Of a stretch of DNA of 64,000 nt, positions 62,914 to 64,000 are shown piece after piece. The notes beneath the pieces were generated by a model that saw only the letters and a list, made by a program, of their open reading frames with translations, was not told the DNA's origin and ran no database searches. A program made the translations under genes and the position numbers. Position 1 is the first letter of the stretch. The number at the start of each line of letters is the position of its first letter. The DNA lies in assembly GCA_030390025.1 (NCBI GenBank), contig CM059433.1, forward strand, positions 13,208,001 through 13,272,000, given 5' to 3'. Origin of the DNA: Squalus acanthias. Lineage: Eukaryota.

Positions 62914-63354
62914 ATAGTCTCTTCTCTCCACTTTTCCCACCTCGCACTGTAGATCTGCTTCCTCACACTGGTTCTTTAACCCTCCTGCAGTTTTTTTTTC
63001 CCTGAGGTACAGACGTATGCCAGGGTGCGATCCCACAGCAGCCAACCACACTCTTGCCAGCTTGTCTTAGTGAGCTTCTTGTATGTGTGACCCTTGACGG
63101 TGGGTGTTAAGCGGGCTATTCAAGCATGATGGCGGGAATTGATGGCACCGCAGTCAAACGCTCACCTGAAGTCCACACGTGGTCTTTTACCAGAGGTTGC
63201 TTCATAGTGATCAGGAGTAGGAAACTTGGCAGATATCCAGGATGCTGGCGTTAATTGTAGAAACCCGGTTACTGCTTTGGCTGAGATCAATAACTTAGCA
63301 CAGACCAGGAATTGAACCTGCAACTTTTCCCGCCTGTATGTCTTCGTTCCTATC

Positions 63355-64000
63355 TCTAATCTCCTTCAGCCCCACAACCGCCCCCCCCCCAGGATATCTG
63401 CGCTCCTCTAATTCTACCCTCTTGAGGATCCCTGATTATAATCACTCAACCATTGGTGGCCGTGCCTTCAGCTGCCAAGGCCCGAAGCTCTGGAATTCCC
63501 TGTCTAAACCTCTCCGCCTCGCTACCCCTCTCTCCTCCTTTAAGACGCTCCTTAAAACCTACCTCTTTGACCATAGAATCATAGAAGATAGGAGCAGGAG
63601 TAGGCCATTCGGCCCCTCTAGCCTGCTCCGCCATTCAATGCGATCATGACTGATCATCCAAATTCAGTACCCTGTCCCTGCTTTCTCCCCATATCCCTTG
63701 ATCTCTTTAGCCTTAAGAAATATATCCAACTCCTTCTTGAATCTATTTAATGAATTGGCCTCTACTGCCTTCTGTGGTAGAGAATTCCACAGGTTCACCA
63801 CTCTCTGGGTGAAGAAATTCCTCCTCATTTCAGTCCTAAATGGCTTACCCCTTATCCTTAGACTGTGACCCCTGGTTCTGGACTCCCCCACCATCGGGAA
63901 CATCCTTCCTTTTGGTCACCTGCCCTAGTTTAACCTTATGTGGCTCGGTGTCAAATTTTTTGTCTTTTAACACTCCTGTGCAGCGCCTTGGGATGTTTCA
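63355..64000 (+). mobile_element. L2-like 3' fragment with a minus-strand CR1 3' fragment (~63572-63910) nested inside
   Basis: GGRAFSCQGPKLWNSL..FKTLLKTYLFD; MFPMVGESRTRGHSLRIRG on minus. Confidence 0.85.

Noticed and set aside
49443..64000. Next peroxidasin exon (expected DCRTRGQF-like) and VWC exons
   Set aside because: The candidate acceptors I checked (~52610, ~60957) give stops or no homology; the exon probably lies beyond the window.

Overview
Eukaryotic, almost certainly shark (elasmobranch) genomic DNA, judged from the SacSINE1/Deu-like, HE1 V-SINE and HER1/CR1-like repeats. The window holds 11 consecutive internal coding exons (+ strand, 1998-49442, 3104 coding nt, all GT-AG, frame open throughout) of a peroxidasin gene (best call PXDN; PXDNL not excluded). 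They encode Ig domains, the linker and the full animal-heme-peroxidase domain with intact catalytic residues. The upstream LRR exons and downstream VWC exons were not found in the window. The introns are dense with transposons: CR1-, L2- and other LINE fragments, tRNA-derived SINEs, a decayed two-gene PIF/Harbinger element, several GG...CC-ended Harbinger-type MITEs with 3-bp TSDs, hAT MITEs and a Penelope-like element (RT plus GIY-YIG). The most notable structure is a set of tiny Penelope-derived insertions carrying minimal type-I hammerhead ribozyme motifs from two families. Three are head-to-head palindromes bounded by 12-15 bp TSDs, and one has a ~50-bp inverted copy of nearby flanking DNA as a spacer between its two ribozyme arms. 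Repeat-family names and cross-species comparisons are from memory and need database confirmation.
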